A stretch of 63,950 nt of DNA, counting the filler, from Thraustochytrium aureum (Eukaryota): the NCBI GenBank assembly GCA_012862495.1. It is 5 parts of 5 records of this genome, joined end to end, with 100 filler letters (N's around TTAATTAATTAA, not from the genome) between each part and the next. Parts side by side here need not be neighbours in the genome. Positions count along the whole stretch, not along the records: positions 1 to 24,639 come from BLSG01000414.1; 4 more parts are not named here. The stretch is one strand, 5' to 3'. Under the pieces are notes generated by a model. It had not been told where the DNA came from. It saw only the letters and a list, made by a program, of their open reading frames with translations, and ran no database searches. The translations under genes and the position numbers were made by a program. The first letter of the stretch is position 1, and every line of letters starts with the position of its first letter. This document shows, piece by piece, positions 10,255 to 20,665 of this stretch.

Positions 10255-12111
10255 CTACAAATCGTCGCCGCCGTGAAGAATGCGGTCGATCTGCTCGTCC
10301 GAGGCAAGCGGCAGCTGGATGAGCTGGTACAGCATAGCCGAGACGCCGCCCAACAGCGCGCCCACAGGATACGTGTACGCGGTCTCCTGCTGCAGTGCGA
10401 GCGCGACTCGGTACTGCGACTCCTCCTCAATTCGCAGAGTTCCAAACATAAAGCCGAAAAAGGTTCCCGAGAGGATCGAAGCCGCCGCAAGCAAGGCAAT
10501 GCGCGCCTGCGAGGTGATGATGCTGGAGCGCGGGCGCCCGCCCGCCTTGGCCTCAAAGCTCGAAGCGATAGTCGGGCTGCTGCTGCCATCGCAGCGGTGG
10601 CCGATCTCGGTGGCGATTTCTGCGAGAGAGAAAACGAGACAAAAGTTGAGCGTGGCCCCGAGCACGGTGTAGAAGAGCACCTTGGGGCCCTCCGGGAGCC
10701 AGTGGATGAAGCGCCGATCCAGCAAGAAGCAAGCGAGGGCAGCGAGCAAGACGCACAGGTCGCACACGAGCAGCAAGACGACGTGAGGGTTCAAGACGCC
10801 CCTTCGCGGCACCTCTTCCTTTACCACATGCGCGCCGATGACCACGAACTGGAAGAGGAAGAAGAGGCCATACGCGATGGCGAAGAAAGGCGTCTCGCTG
10901 ATCTCCACGAGCGACACGGAGATCACGAACGAGATGAGCATCCCGCTCAGCGATCCGCCCACGAAGGCGACGAGGAGCGAGATGGCCCGAAACGACTGGC
11001 GCACAGGGAGCATCTTGTACAGCACAAAGCCGAACACCAAGACCACGATAAGCGCCAAGCCGAACATGTAGAGCCATATGCGCGAGAATCCGGCAGAGCA
11101 GGCGAGCGGCTCGAGCGCCATCGAGCTGCACTCCTTGAGGTGCTCGACAGTGCCCACAACGCATTTGTCTGGCCCACCGGAGACCGAGCACCACGCGCAG
11201 TTGTAGACGTCTTCGACGCACACGTTGCAGGCCCCGCGGCGCGGGCACTCGCGCTCTGCCACCTCGTTCGTGATCGCGCAGTCGGCACCCTCAAATCCTT
11301 GCGAGCACACCCTGTCGTGGCGGGTTGCGGCGGCGTCGCCGGCGCTCGAGCACTGAAACTTCCAGCTCCCGACCGCGTACCGGGCGAACGAGACCCCCGT
11401 GGATGCCGTGAACCCGACGTAAAAGGTCCCGCGTATGGCGCCCACGGGCGCGCTGTCGACAACGCGCTTTGTCTCAAATGCCCCTTGCTTGTTATGATGC
11501 GAGATGCGCACCGATATCGTTCCGCGGCTCGGCTCGTACTCGACGGTGGCCGTGCGGCGCCTCTCGAGCTTGCTGTTCGCGGGGTCCTCGTCGTAGGTAG
11601 CCAGGTCCTCGACGACGCCAGTCATCCTCGGGTCTTTTTCGTGGGTGTCCAGGTTGCCTTCGTACAAGCTGTTGTGAATGGTCACGTGGGGCTTGTCGAG
11701 GTCGCCCCTCTCTGGGGTCGGCTCGACGTCGAACTCGACTGCAAGGCCGCGGCCGAGTCCCGCAAACCCAAATCCGTGGTCTCCTTCGCCGATCGAGTAA
11801 GGTCCGGTGGACTGGAGCACAAAGGCAAACCCTTCGCCTCCGCCGTTCTGCACGTCGGTGATGGTGAAGGAGAACGTGGAGATGAAGCCATTCTCCACGT
11901 CAACGCCCGTTTCAAACCAGACGGCGCCCACCTGGTGTGGCTCTGGCGTCGTCAGCACGATATCCCCAATTTCGCCGTGCGCGTCCCCGTTCAAGTTTAG
12001 CCTGGGTCTGTTCTGAAAGTTCGGGAACCAAAACCGCTCATTGCCCTCGGCCCTACCAGCGCCGGCAGCGAGGACCGCTCCCCACACAACCGCGGCAGCG
12101 GCGCCCTTCAT
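10255..12111 (-). CDS. Signal peptide + legume (L-type) lectin + EGF-like + PSI domain + ~7 TM helices; putative receptor
   Basis: LNGDA..IVLT..QVGAVWF..FISTFSF..GGEGFAFVLQ..GLAVEFD..FYVGFTASTG (L-lectin), CSQGFEGADC (EGF-like), CNVCVEDVYNCAWCS (PSI), then seven hydrophobic segments. Confidence 0.85.
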   Translation of the reverse strand: MKGAAAAVVWGAVLAAGAGRAEGNERFWFPNFQNRPRLNLNGDAHGEIGDIVLTTPEPHQVGAVWFETGVDVENGFISTFSFTITDVQNGGGEGFAFVLQSTGPYSIGEGDHGFGFAGLGRGLAVEFDVEPTPERGDLDKPHVTIHNSLYEGNLDTHEKDPRMTGVVEDLATYDEDPANSKLERRRTATVEYEPSRGTISVRISHHNKQGAFETKRVVDSAPVGAIRGTFYVGFTASTGVSFARYAVGSWKFQCSSAGDAAATRHDRVCSQGFEGADCAITNEVAERECPRRGACNVCVEDVYNCAWCSVSGGPDKCVVGTVEHLKECSSMALEPLACSAGFSRIWLYMFGLALIVVLVFGFVLYKMLPVRQSFRAISLLVAFVGGSLSGMLISFVISVSLVEISETPFFAIAYGLFFLFQFVVIGAHVVKEEVPRRGVLNPHVVLLLVCDLCVLLAALACFLLDRRFIHWLPEGPKVLFYTVLGATLNFCLVFSLAEIATEIGHRCDGSSSPTIASSFEAKAGGRPRSSIITSQARIALLAAASILSGTFFGFMFGTLRIEEESQYRVALALQQETAYTYPVGALLGGVSAMLYQLIQLPLASDEQIDRILHGGDDL

Positions 12112-12478
12112 CGCGCGCCCGCCTTGGCCCAACGCCTATCGCAAGCCGAGGGAAGAAAAAACGCACGCGAGCGACGCGATACCTGGTGTGCCGGCCAGCA
12201 AGCCGCTGTGCCTCGGCCGCGAGTAACTCGTCCGGGGTCTGCGCGTCCCGCTGGAGGAACGCTCGCAGCGCGCCAAGGCGACTGCGGGTCTGGAGCACAA
12301 CGCGCTGAATAACGTTGCACTCAGCCGCGATGCTCTTCAGTCAGCTCGTTCGGGCTCTGCACGTCCCGCCAGCAGCGATAACCGCAGCGAGCCAAGGGGA
12401 CAGAGCTCTACCACGACGCGCTGGACCACGACGCGCTGGACCACGCTGCGCTAGAGCTCGTACAGGTCTTCTTCTCCT

Positions 12479-12733
12479 TCACCGCCACTCCAGCACGACG
12501 CGGTGGACCACAAGGTGCTGGATCACGACACGCTCGACCACGATGCGCTGTAGCTCGTTCGGGCTCAGAGCGTACCGCCAGCAGCCGTTTCCGAAGCGCG
12601 CCAAGACCGTGATGCGCTGGGACGCGATGCGCGCGGCCACGGTGCGCTGCAGCTCGTTGGGGGTCTGTCTGCTCGAGCGCGTCCTGCTATCGAACTTGCC
12701 ACCAACGAACAATACGAACAGCGCGAAGATCAT
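12479..12733 (-). pseudogene. Small ORF or gene relic with a repeated PNELQR motif
   Basis: 84-aa ORF containing TPNELQRTV and SPNELQRIV. A third nucleotide copy (CCCGAACGAGCTGA) lies near 12340. Function unknown. Confidence 0.25.
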
Positions 12734-14755
12734 GCGCGCGTTAACGTTTGTGTGGTGTTTTCGAAATTATCGCTCCAGTGATTCCTCCGGTGGCGCAGGT
12801 AAGGCCGGCTACGCGATTCGGTAGGAGTGTTCGTTTTCAGGAACCGGGACTCGTTTGCGCGTGACAATCACGACTTGCTGTCAGGCTATGAGCCTAATAC
12901 CCTCCATGCTTGCGTTCGTTGGCTGGATGATCATCAGGCTGTTGCTTCTGCTGCGTTCGTTGAGTGCCATCAGGCTGTTGCTTCTGCTGCTTGCTTGATT
13001 GATTGAAGGCTCAGCTTGATGTGTGCCGGTGCTGCTGCTCCTGCTGCTGGCTTTCATTGAATGCTCAGGCTGTTGCTTCTGCCCCAGCGGCTGCTTGATT
13101 TCTACTGCGCCCGCTGCTGTACAACGCGCGGGGATTGAATGCCTTGCGTTGTGCCTGCCGCAAGTTGCCGGCCAACCTCTTTCCTGATTTCAAGAACAAA
13201 GTCATTCGCGATGGTTTTGTTCATGAAATGTGGAGTTGTGACTCCTGAGGCTGAGTACCACCGTGGTATGATCATAACTTGGCGAGACTCTACCGGTGGC
13301 GAGACCGCATCGGTCCGACACCGTCGGCCATTCGGCTCTGCTGTAGCGCTTCGCCGGCGCAGCGGCGCACTGGTCGACCTGCACGCGAGCCACTCGACTG
13401 GCCCGGCCGATGCCACATCAGTCTGTGCGCAAAGNNNNNNNNNNNNNNNNNNNNNNNNNNNNNNNNNNNNNNNNNNNNNNNNNNNNNNNNNNNNNNNNNN
13501 NNNNNNNNNNNNNNNNNNNNNNNNNNNNNNNNNNNNNNNNNNNNNNNNNNNNNNNNNNNNNNNNNNNNNNNNNNNNNNNNNNNNNNNNNNNNNNNNNNNN
13601 NNNNNNNNNNNNNNNNNNNNNNNNNNNNNNNNNNNNNNNNNNNNNNNNNNNNNNNNNNNNNNNNNNNNNNNNNNNNNNNNNNNNNNNNNNNNNNNNNNNN
13701 NNNNNNNNNNNNNNNNNNNNNNNNNNNNNNNNNNNNNNNNNNNNNNNNNNNNNNNNNNNNNNNNNNNNNNNNNNNNNNNNNNNNNNNNNNNNNNNNNNNN
13801 NNNNNNNNNNNNNNNNNNNNNNNNNNNNNNNNNNNNNNNNNNNNNNNNNNNNNNNNNNNNNNNNNNNNNNNNNNNNNNNNNNNNNNNNNNNNNNNNNNNN
13901 NNNNNNNNNNNNNNNNNNNNNNNNNNNNNNNNNNNNNNNNNNNNNNNNNNNNNNNNNNNNNNNNNNNNNNNNNNNNNNNNNNNNNNNNNNNNNNNNNNNN
14001 NNNNNNNNNNNNNNNNNNNNNNNNNNNNNNNNNNNNNNNNNNNNNNNNNNNNNNNNNNNNNNNNNNNNNNNNNNNNNNNNNNNNNNNNNNNNNNNNNNNN
14101 NNNNNNNNNNNNNNNNNNNNNNNNNNNNNNNNNNNNNNNNNNNNNNNNNNNNNNNNNNNNNNNNNNNNNNNNNNNNNNNNNNNNNNNNNNNNNNNNNNNN
14201 NNNNNNNNNNNNNNNNNNNNNNNNNNNNNNNNNNNNNNNNNNNNNNNNNNNNNNNNNNNNNNNNNNNNNNNNNNNNNNNNNNNNNNNNNNNNNNNNNNNN
14301 NNNNNNNNNNNNNNNNNNNNNNNNNNNNNNNNNNNNNNNNNNNNNNNNNNNNNNNNNNNNNNNNNNNNNNNNNNNNNNNNNNNNNNNNNNNNNNNNNNNN
14401 CGCCCCTGCCCCAGACAGCGCGCCAGCGGGGACCTAAACGAATGCTTTTGCGCGATCGGGCCAGACTCGCGCAACAAACCGAAAGCCCCCCAAGCACCGT
14501 TGGCGGGTCTCGAGAGTGGCGCAGCTGTGACCCCGCACCGGGGCCCGCGCCCACTGCGGCGATATTTCGGAAGCCGTTGCCGGCAGTGGCCCAGGAGTGG
14601 GCGAGGCGCCAGCTCTTGCGCCGCGTTGCCCATGGGCACGCTTGCGCAGCTCGCCACAGGGGAATTGAATAGTGGCTCCCCAAACGAGGATGCTGCAAGG
14701 AAGGAAACCGATATTCATGATAATGCAATTCGCCCACAGCTCTCAGCACGAAAAT

Positions 14756-16509
14756 TCAGTTCATCTGCGCTGCGGCCGCGCCCTCATGCCGTTCACTTGC
14801 GCCCCCGACTCGCCGAGAGCCCTCTTGCGCTCGGCCGCGACAAGACGTTCAATAACGCAAAGGCGCGCATAGCTTGCGACTTGCTGAAAAAGACCACGCT
14901 GTCAAGCTCCACAGAGCCGCGCACGATCGGCACAAAAAAGGGACCCGCGCGTCTCGCACGAGGTTTCGCAAAAACGGCAAGCGGCGCGTATCGCCCACCA
15001 AAAAGGTGGCGTCGATGCGCTCTGCAAACGACACGCAGGTCAAGAAGGCGTGGCGGGACTCTGGCGAGTCGTTGACGAGCAAGAGCACGAGCAAGCGGTC
15101 GCGCCGCGCTGCCATACTGACGAGCGACTCAAGGTGGTCGCGGCCCGTGACCAGGACGGGCTCTGGCTTGTTCAGCTCGAGGCACTCGCGGGCCGCCTCG
15201 ACCTGCTCCTCAAAGTCCTCGCGCCGAGTATTGCCGAGTATCTTGTGGACGATGATTTGCGAGGCAGCAAAAGAGACGAGCATCGGCGGGAGGAGGGAGA
15301 CCATGGTTCCCATTCCCCAGAGAAATCCGCCAACGCCGCGCGAGGCGTAGAGCTCCGTGCAGCCCCGAACAAAGCCGGTCGGGTTGGGGTAGACGCCGTC
15401 CGGGTTTGAGCAGACGATCCGCTCGCGCACGGCCAGCAGCGGGACGGCAGCAGCAAACCGCACAACCAGCATGCCGATCCAGGGAGCGATCACCGCAGCG
15501 TCGTCTTGCGCGTCCCCGACGACCTGCTCGAAAGCCCAGTTTATCCCGACCTCAACTAGATCGTGCACTGCGAAGGCGGAAAACCCGTTCCAAAGCGCTG
15601 GCACGACGTGCTGCAGAGTCAGCCGCCAAGGCTGGCCCAACGCCAGGTGCCGGCCGAAGGCGACCTCGATGGGGTAGGCGAGCGCGAGCTTGAGCCCGTA
15701 CTGGGCCGCCCTGAGCGCCGCGCGCAACCCCCGTTTCCAGAGGGAGCTCCCGCGCGGCGCGACGAGCAGCTCCGAGTCGGTCACCAGGTCCACGAGGGCG
15801 GCGCCTACGCAGAGCGGGGCGGTGTCGACCACCAGCGTCCGAAAGGGCGCATTCGGCAGCCGAGGCAGTCTGAGGCTGGCCCGTCTGCAGATGGCCTCAA
15901 ACGGTGCGATGCTCAGCCTGCTCGCCATGCGATANNNNNNNNNNNNNNNNNNNNNNNNNNNNNNNNNNNNNNNNNNNNNNNNNNNNNNNNNNNNNNNNNN
16001 NNNNNNNNNNNNNNNNNNNNNNNNNNNNNNNNNNNNNNNNNNNNNNNNNNNNNNNNNNNNNNNNNNNNNNNNNNNNNNNNNNNNNNNNNNNNNNNNNNNN
16101 NNNNNNNNNNNNNNNNNNNNNNNNNNNNNNNNNNNNNNNNNNNNNNNNNNNNNNNNNNNNNNNNNNNNNNNNNNNNNNNNNNNNNNNNNNNNNNNNNNNN
16201 NNNNNNNNNNNNNNNNNNNNNNNNNNNNNNNNNNNNNNNNNNNNNNNNNNNNNNNNNNNNNNNNNNNNNNNNNNNNNNNNNNNNNNNNNNNNNNNNNNNN
16301 NNNNNNNNNNNNNNNNNNNNNNNNNNNNNNNNNNCATCATCGGCTTGCTCGTCCTCCTCATCCTCCTCGCTCTCCTCGCCGTCCGTCGCGGAGAGCGCGC
16401 CGTCGTTGAGGCCAAGCACGGGGGCCTCTTGGTCCTCAAACCCGACGTCGAGTCCCAGCAACCGCGCCGACAAGTGCTTGTTCATCCGCTGGAACTCGCT
16501 GAACCCCAT
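14756..16509 (-). CDS. Divergent mitochondrial carrier (SLC25-like) with C-terminal thioredoxin-like fold; N gap and a 1-nt frameshift at a T-run near 14935
   Basis: Degenerate PX[DE]XX[KR] carrier motifs (APFEAICRR, YPIEVAFGR, VPLLAVRER) and carrier-type linker GFVRGCTELYASRGVGGFLWG. One extra T gives VPFFVPIVRGSVELDSVV...QMN* ending at 14756. An acidic N-terminal segment precedes the gap. Confidence 0.6.
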
Positions 16510-17230
16510 CGTGAACACCTCCACGCGCTACCCGCGCGCCCCGCTCGACCCGTTGGCGCTCCAGCGCGTGGTGGGGCGTCGAGAGTGGCGCGGGCTGCCA
16601 AATCAATGTTCTCTGACCGCCTCTTCATGTCCTGACTCATGACAGTGTTCGTTCGTTTCGCTCTTCGACGTTGTGTCGCCAGTCCATGCTCGCGCTGCCC
16701 GCCACCCTGCGGCTCGTGATTCTCCTTGCTGCGAGCGGCGACCTGCTCTGCCAGAGCTCGGAGGCCTGCTCGAGGGCAAGAATCCGTGACTCGAGCTTGC
16801 CTTGCGTCCGTCGGAGCCCAGGACGCGGAGGACGCAGGACCTGCGCAACGCTCTAGTCGACGACTCGTGCCAGTGGAGTTCCCTTCGCAAGGGCTCCTTG
16901 ATGAGGGCGTGGGTTGCATCGTGGCGAGGCTGAAACCAGGCCCAGGTGACCCAGCCCAGCCCAGCCCAATCGATCGATAGAGACCGGCCCTGGGTGTAGA
17001 GTGGTACGTACTTTCTGGCCAAGATAGAGAGATGCCTTTTGCAGCCCGCGCCGCGGCTCGTGCAAAGACGGGAACGCAGTGGGGCGAGCACGACGGCGGA
17101 CGCGCAGCCGAGGGGCATGAAGCCATCCCCGAGGATGCCGGCTTCGAGCTGGGAAGACGAAGCCAGCAGGGAGGGCCAAGGAGAAGCAGCGCGGAACTCG
17201 ATGCAATCCCGGCCAGCTCTAGAGCTACCC

Positions 17231-17285
17231 AAAGGCAGCGCGAAAAGGCAGCGCGAAAAGGCAGCGCGAAAAAGCAGCGCGAAAA
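17231..17285. repeat. 13-nt tandem repeat GGCAGCGCGAAAA, about four copies
   Basis: Directly visible. Confidence 0.85.
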
Positions 17286-17579
17286 CGGTGGTGTCAACGA
17301 TAAGAAAGGCTACGCTGGCACTTGCCCGGAAACGCCGCTGACCCAACTGCAAACACAGAGCAAGGCGCGAGTTCCGTTCGCTTCGACAAGGCGCGCTCTG
17401 CCGCCGCAAAGCCACATGATCGTGCTCCAACCGCACTCTAGCTAGCGAGTCACTCGCGACGGGCAAGGGACGGAACGCGCACGGTTGATTCGCTATCTTA
17501 TCAGATGAGCGTGGGGAATCGGCTTTCTAACCTGCAACCGACTTGGTCTCTCTGGTTGCCGGTTCGCTCCTGGGCCGCC

Positions 17580-19423
17580 TCAGACCCCCTTACACGTCGA
17601 GTATAGCCCATTGAGCACCATCGTGATCTCGCTGCGAAGGATGTTTTCTTTCATCCAGCCGACAGGGTCGGCCGCCTTTTTGGCGACGGTCTGACGGTCC
17701 GGGTGGTAGCGCAGCACAGCGAGGCGCAAGTGATTTCTCATGTCGTCGGCGTTGAGAGACTTTTCGTCGACGGGCTTGTCGTATCCGGGAACGGGGTGTG
17801 CGCCGGAGATGTGCGCCAAGAACGCCTGCCAGGATTTGCTTTGGGCGGCCTTGAGGCCCTCTAGCTCTGCCCGGAGCAACTCGCGCACAGGGGCCTCGTC
17901 GCGCTCGCGAGTTTGAACTTCCTGGCGGACAGTCTCGTCTTGTTGTCGTTTGACGATCGCCAAGGCGGCGTTGAACCAGTCCGTGTTGAATCGGCGCGGC
18001 TCGCAGCTGTGGGCTAGGAATACTGCCTCGTTTGCGCGAGACTTGGACAGCGAAGGAATGCACAGCACCTTATCGTAGATGACGGCGGCCTGCGCGTACG
18101 CCTCGGCGCGCAGCTCAATCGGGTAGCTTTGCTCGGCGGCGACGGAAAGGAGCAGGTCAACCGCATGCCAGACAGAATCGGGACGAAGCATTTCGCTCTC
18201 GAAGACCGCGGCGCGGATGCTTGCTGTTGCCTGGTCAATCTGCAGCTTGGCCTTGCAAAATGACGACTCGAGCTCGCATGCCGCGGCATCCCAACCGAGG
18301 ACTCCCAGCGCGCTCGACGCGCCAGGCAGCGTGAGAGCCCCGCGAAAGCGCTGCAACCCGCGCTCAAAGCAGCCGAGCGCACGGATAAACTCGCTCGCCT
18401 CGCGGAACCGCACCCCGGCTTGAAACTCGATCTCGGCGGCCTTGGCCATAAGACCCGGGCGCAAGGGCGACCCTTCGGGTATCAGCCCCGCATGCTTGAC
18501 GAGCTCACCGACGCCAAGGACCTCGGCCGCCCAAGCACCGGTGCAGTGCGCCCAATCTGACCCTGGAGGGTGACATTCGAGCAGCTTGTCCCACGCCTCA
18601 GCGTGGGCGATCTGCTCGGCAAGGCGCANNNNNNNNNNNNNNNNNNNNNNNNNNNNNNNNNNNNNNNNNNNNNNNNNNNNNNNNNNNNNNNNNNNNNNNN
18701 NNNNNNNNNNNNNNNNNNNNNNNNNNNNNNNNNNNNNNNNNNNNNNNNNNNNNNNNNNNNNNNNNNNNNNNNNNNNNNNNCTCGGCAAGGCGCAGCACAC
18801 CGGGAGACGCAGAATTCGCGCAGACGCGCGTCGCCATTTGTAATTGCAACCTGGCCCATGAGGGCGCGTTTCTGCAGGTCTAGTGCTTCCACCTGGCACG
18901 CAAATGTGGCCTTGTCGAGCGCCAGAGTGCTGGCTCGGGCAGCAACTCGGCCAAGTCTTGCGCTGCACCCCGCTGCAGCACGCAGCTCTGCTTGGAGCTC
19001 GCCAATCTCGCGGGAGATGGTGTTGGTTGCCAACTCGCAGACCGCCCTTCGCTTGGCCGCGGCGGCCATGAACCGGGAGTCTAGGTTGTCCAGCTCAATG
19101 AGACACACGACCGCGCAGGCCTCGTCGAACCGCTTCACTTTTATGAGCACGTGCGCGAGTTTTGCGGCTGCGAGAGCGCGAGCCGTCGTGCTTTGGGCTT
19201 GAAGGAGCGTCCTTGCGCAGTTGGCCACCAGGTCTCGCGCGACGCGCACGTCGGCCATGGGTGTGTCGGTCTCGCCCTCCTCATTGCCCCGCATGGCCTG
19301 CTCCAGCTGGACAATCTGTCCAACCTGCGAGGCCACGCGCGCCTTCCAACTCTCCTGCTCCTTCTCAGCCGGTCGGCGCGGGCTGCCTCGCACCAAGCGA
19401 AGCAACCATCGGAGAAAGGCCAT
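17580..19423 (-). CDS. Helical-repeat (TPR-like) protein with C-terminal J-domain-like HPD module
   Basis: C-terminus MRNHLRLAVLRYHPDRQ...EITMVLNGLYS. The gap 18629-18780 is flanked on both sides by CTCGGCAAGGCGCA (false gap). Removing one A near 18837 joins the two ORFs. Confidence 0.7.
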
Positions 19424-19896
19424 CCTGATCGGGTTCTGTCTTGCTCGATTCGCGATCAGAACAGCCGCGAGGCCATGTCATTTGCCCTTTGTCGACTACG
19501 CCACGCACGCCTTTGGGCGCAACGCGAACGCTGATCTCCGATGAAACACTGTGGGAACAACATGCATGTCGGGTCACAACTAGGCAACTTTTGAAGGCGG
19601 CTCTTCGCTCCGTTGCGGAGCGCGCTCAATGTGACCCTGCCAGTCAAGGTCGCGGTAGGAGTACTCTCTAGCTAGCTAGTAGAGAGAGAGTACCTGCCTA
19701 CTACTAGTACAGACAGGCACATGACCAGCACGGGTTCAGCGCGCAGCGCGCCGCAGTAGTCGTTGGCAGTTGTCACGTGTCAGCGGCAAGAACGACTCTC
19801 CTCAACGCCTGCCCAGCGCGAGCGCCATCCGCCGCTGAGGGCTGGTGGACGCAAGCGGGCGACGCTACTCCGGTTGGTTGTTGCTGTTGTTGACGT

Positions 19897-19900
<4 letters not shown>

Positions 19901-19934
<34 letters not shown>
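19901..19934. repeat. (GCT)n microsatellite
   Basis: About 11 GCT units. Confidence 0.9.
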
Positions 19935-19935
<1 letters not shown>

Positions 19936-20665
19936 CGAGCCGCTCACCCACCCGCAAACCCACTGGCGCCGCCTCAATCGCCGAGCACGTAGCCATCCAT
20001 CATCCGTCCATCCAAGGCCCAAGCAAGACGAGCACGTCCATCGGGGCCGGCCGCCCGCACGCCCTCGATGGCCTCGAGCCCGCACGCCCTCGAGATGGCC
20101 CCGAGCAGGAAAGTAAGTACGTAAGTGAGTAGGTACCGGTACTCCTGCGCGTCGTTTCGNNNNNNNNNNNNNNNNNNNNNNNNNNNNNNNNNNNNNNNNN
20201 NNNNNNNNNNNNNNNNNNNNNNNNNNNNNNNNNNNNNNNNNNNNNNNNNNNNNNNNNNNNNNNNNNNNNNNNNNNNNNNNNNNNNNNNNNNNNNNNNNNN
20301 NNNNNNNNNNNNNNNNNNNNNNNNNNNNNNNNNNNNNNNNNNNNNNNNNNNNNNNNNNNNNNNNNNNNNNNNNNNNNNNNNNNNNNNNNNNNNNNNNNNN
20401 NNNNNNNNNNNNNNNNNNNNNNNNNNNNNNNNNNNNNNNNNNNNNNNNNNNNNNNNNNNNNNNNNNNNNNNNNNNNNNNNNNNNNNNNNNNNNNNNNNNN
20501 NNNNNNNNNNNNNNNNNNNNNNNNNNNNNNNNNNNNNNNNNNNNNNNNNNNNNNNNNNNNNNNNNNNNNNNNNNNNNNNNNNNNNNNNNNNNNNNNNNNN
20601 NNNNNNNNNNNNNNNNNNNNNNNNNNNNNNNNNNNNNNNNNNNNNNNNNNNNNNNNNNNNNNNNC

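Noticed and set aside
6139..12000. Long antisense ORFs (e.g. 6139-8898 minus, 10168-12000 plus; likewise 21545-23701, 49033-50007, 55550-57664)
   Set aside because: These are shadow frames of GC-rich coding genes on the opposite strand and have no recognisable motifs.
16540..17500. Overlapping ORFs in intergenic DNA (similarly 44200-45600, 48258-48900, 57887-58500, 60100-60770)
   Set aside because: No consistent coding bias or domain signal; treated as UTR or intergenic sequence.
18615..18794. Direct repeats flanking N gaps (also 32105-32297) as target-site duplications of an insertion
   Set aside because: They are unmerged contig overlaps, and collapsing them restores gene or intron continuity.
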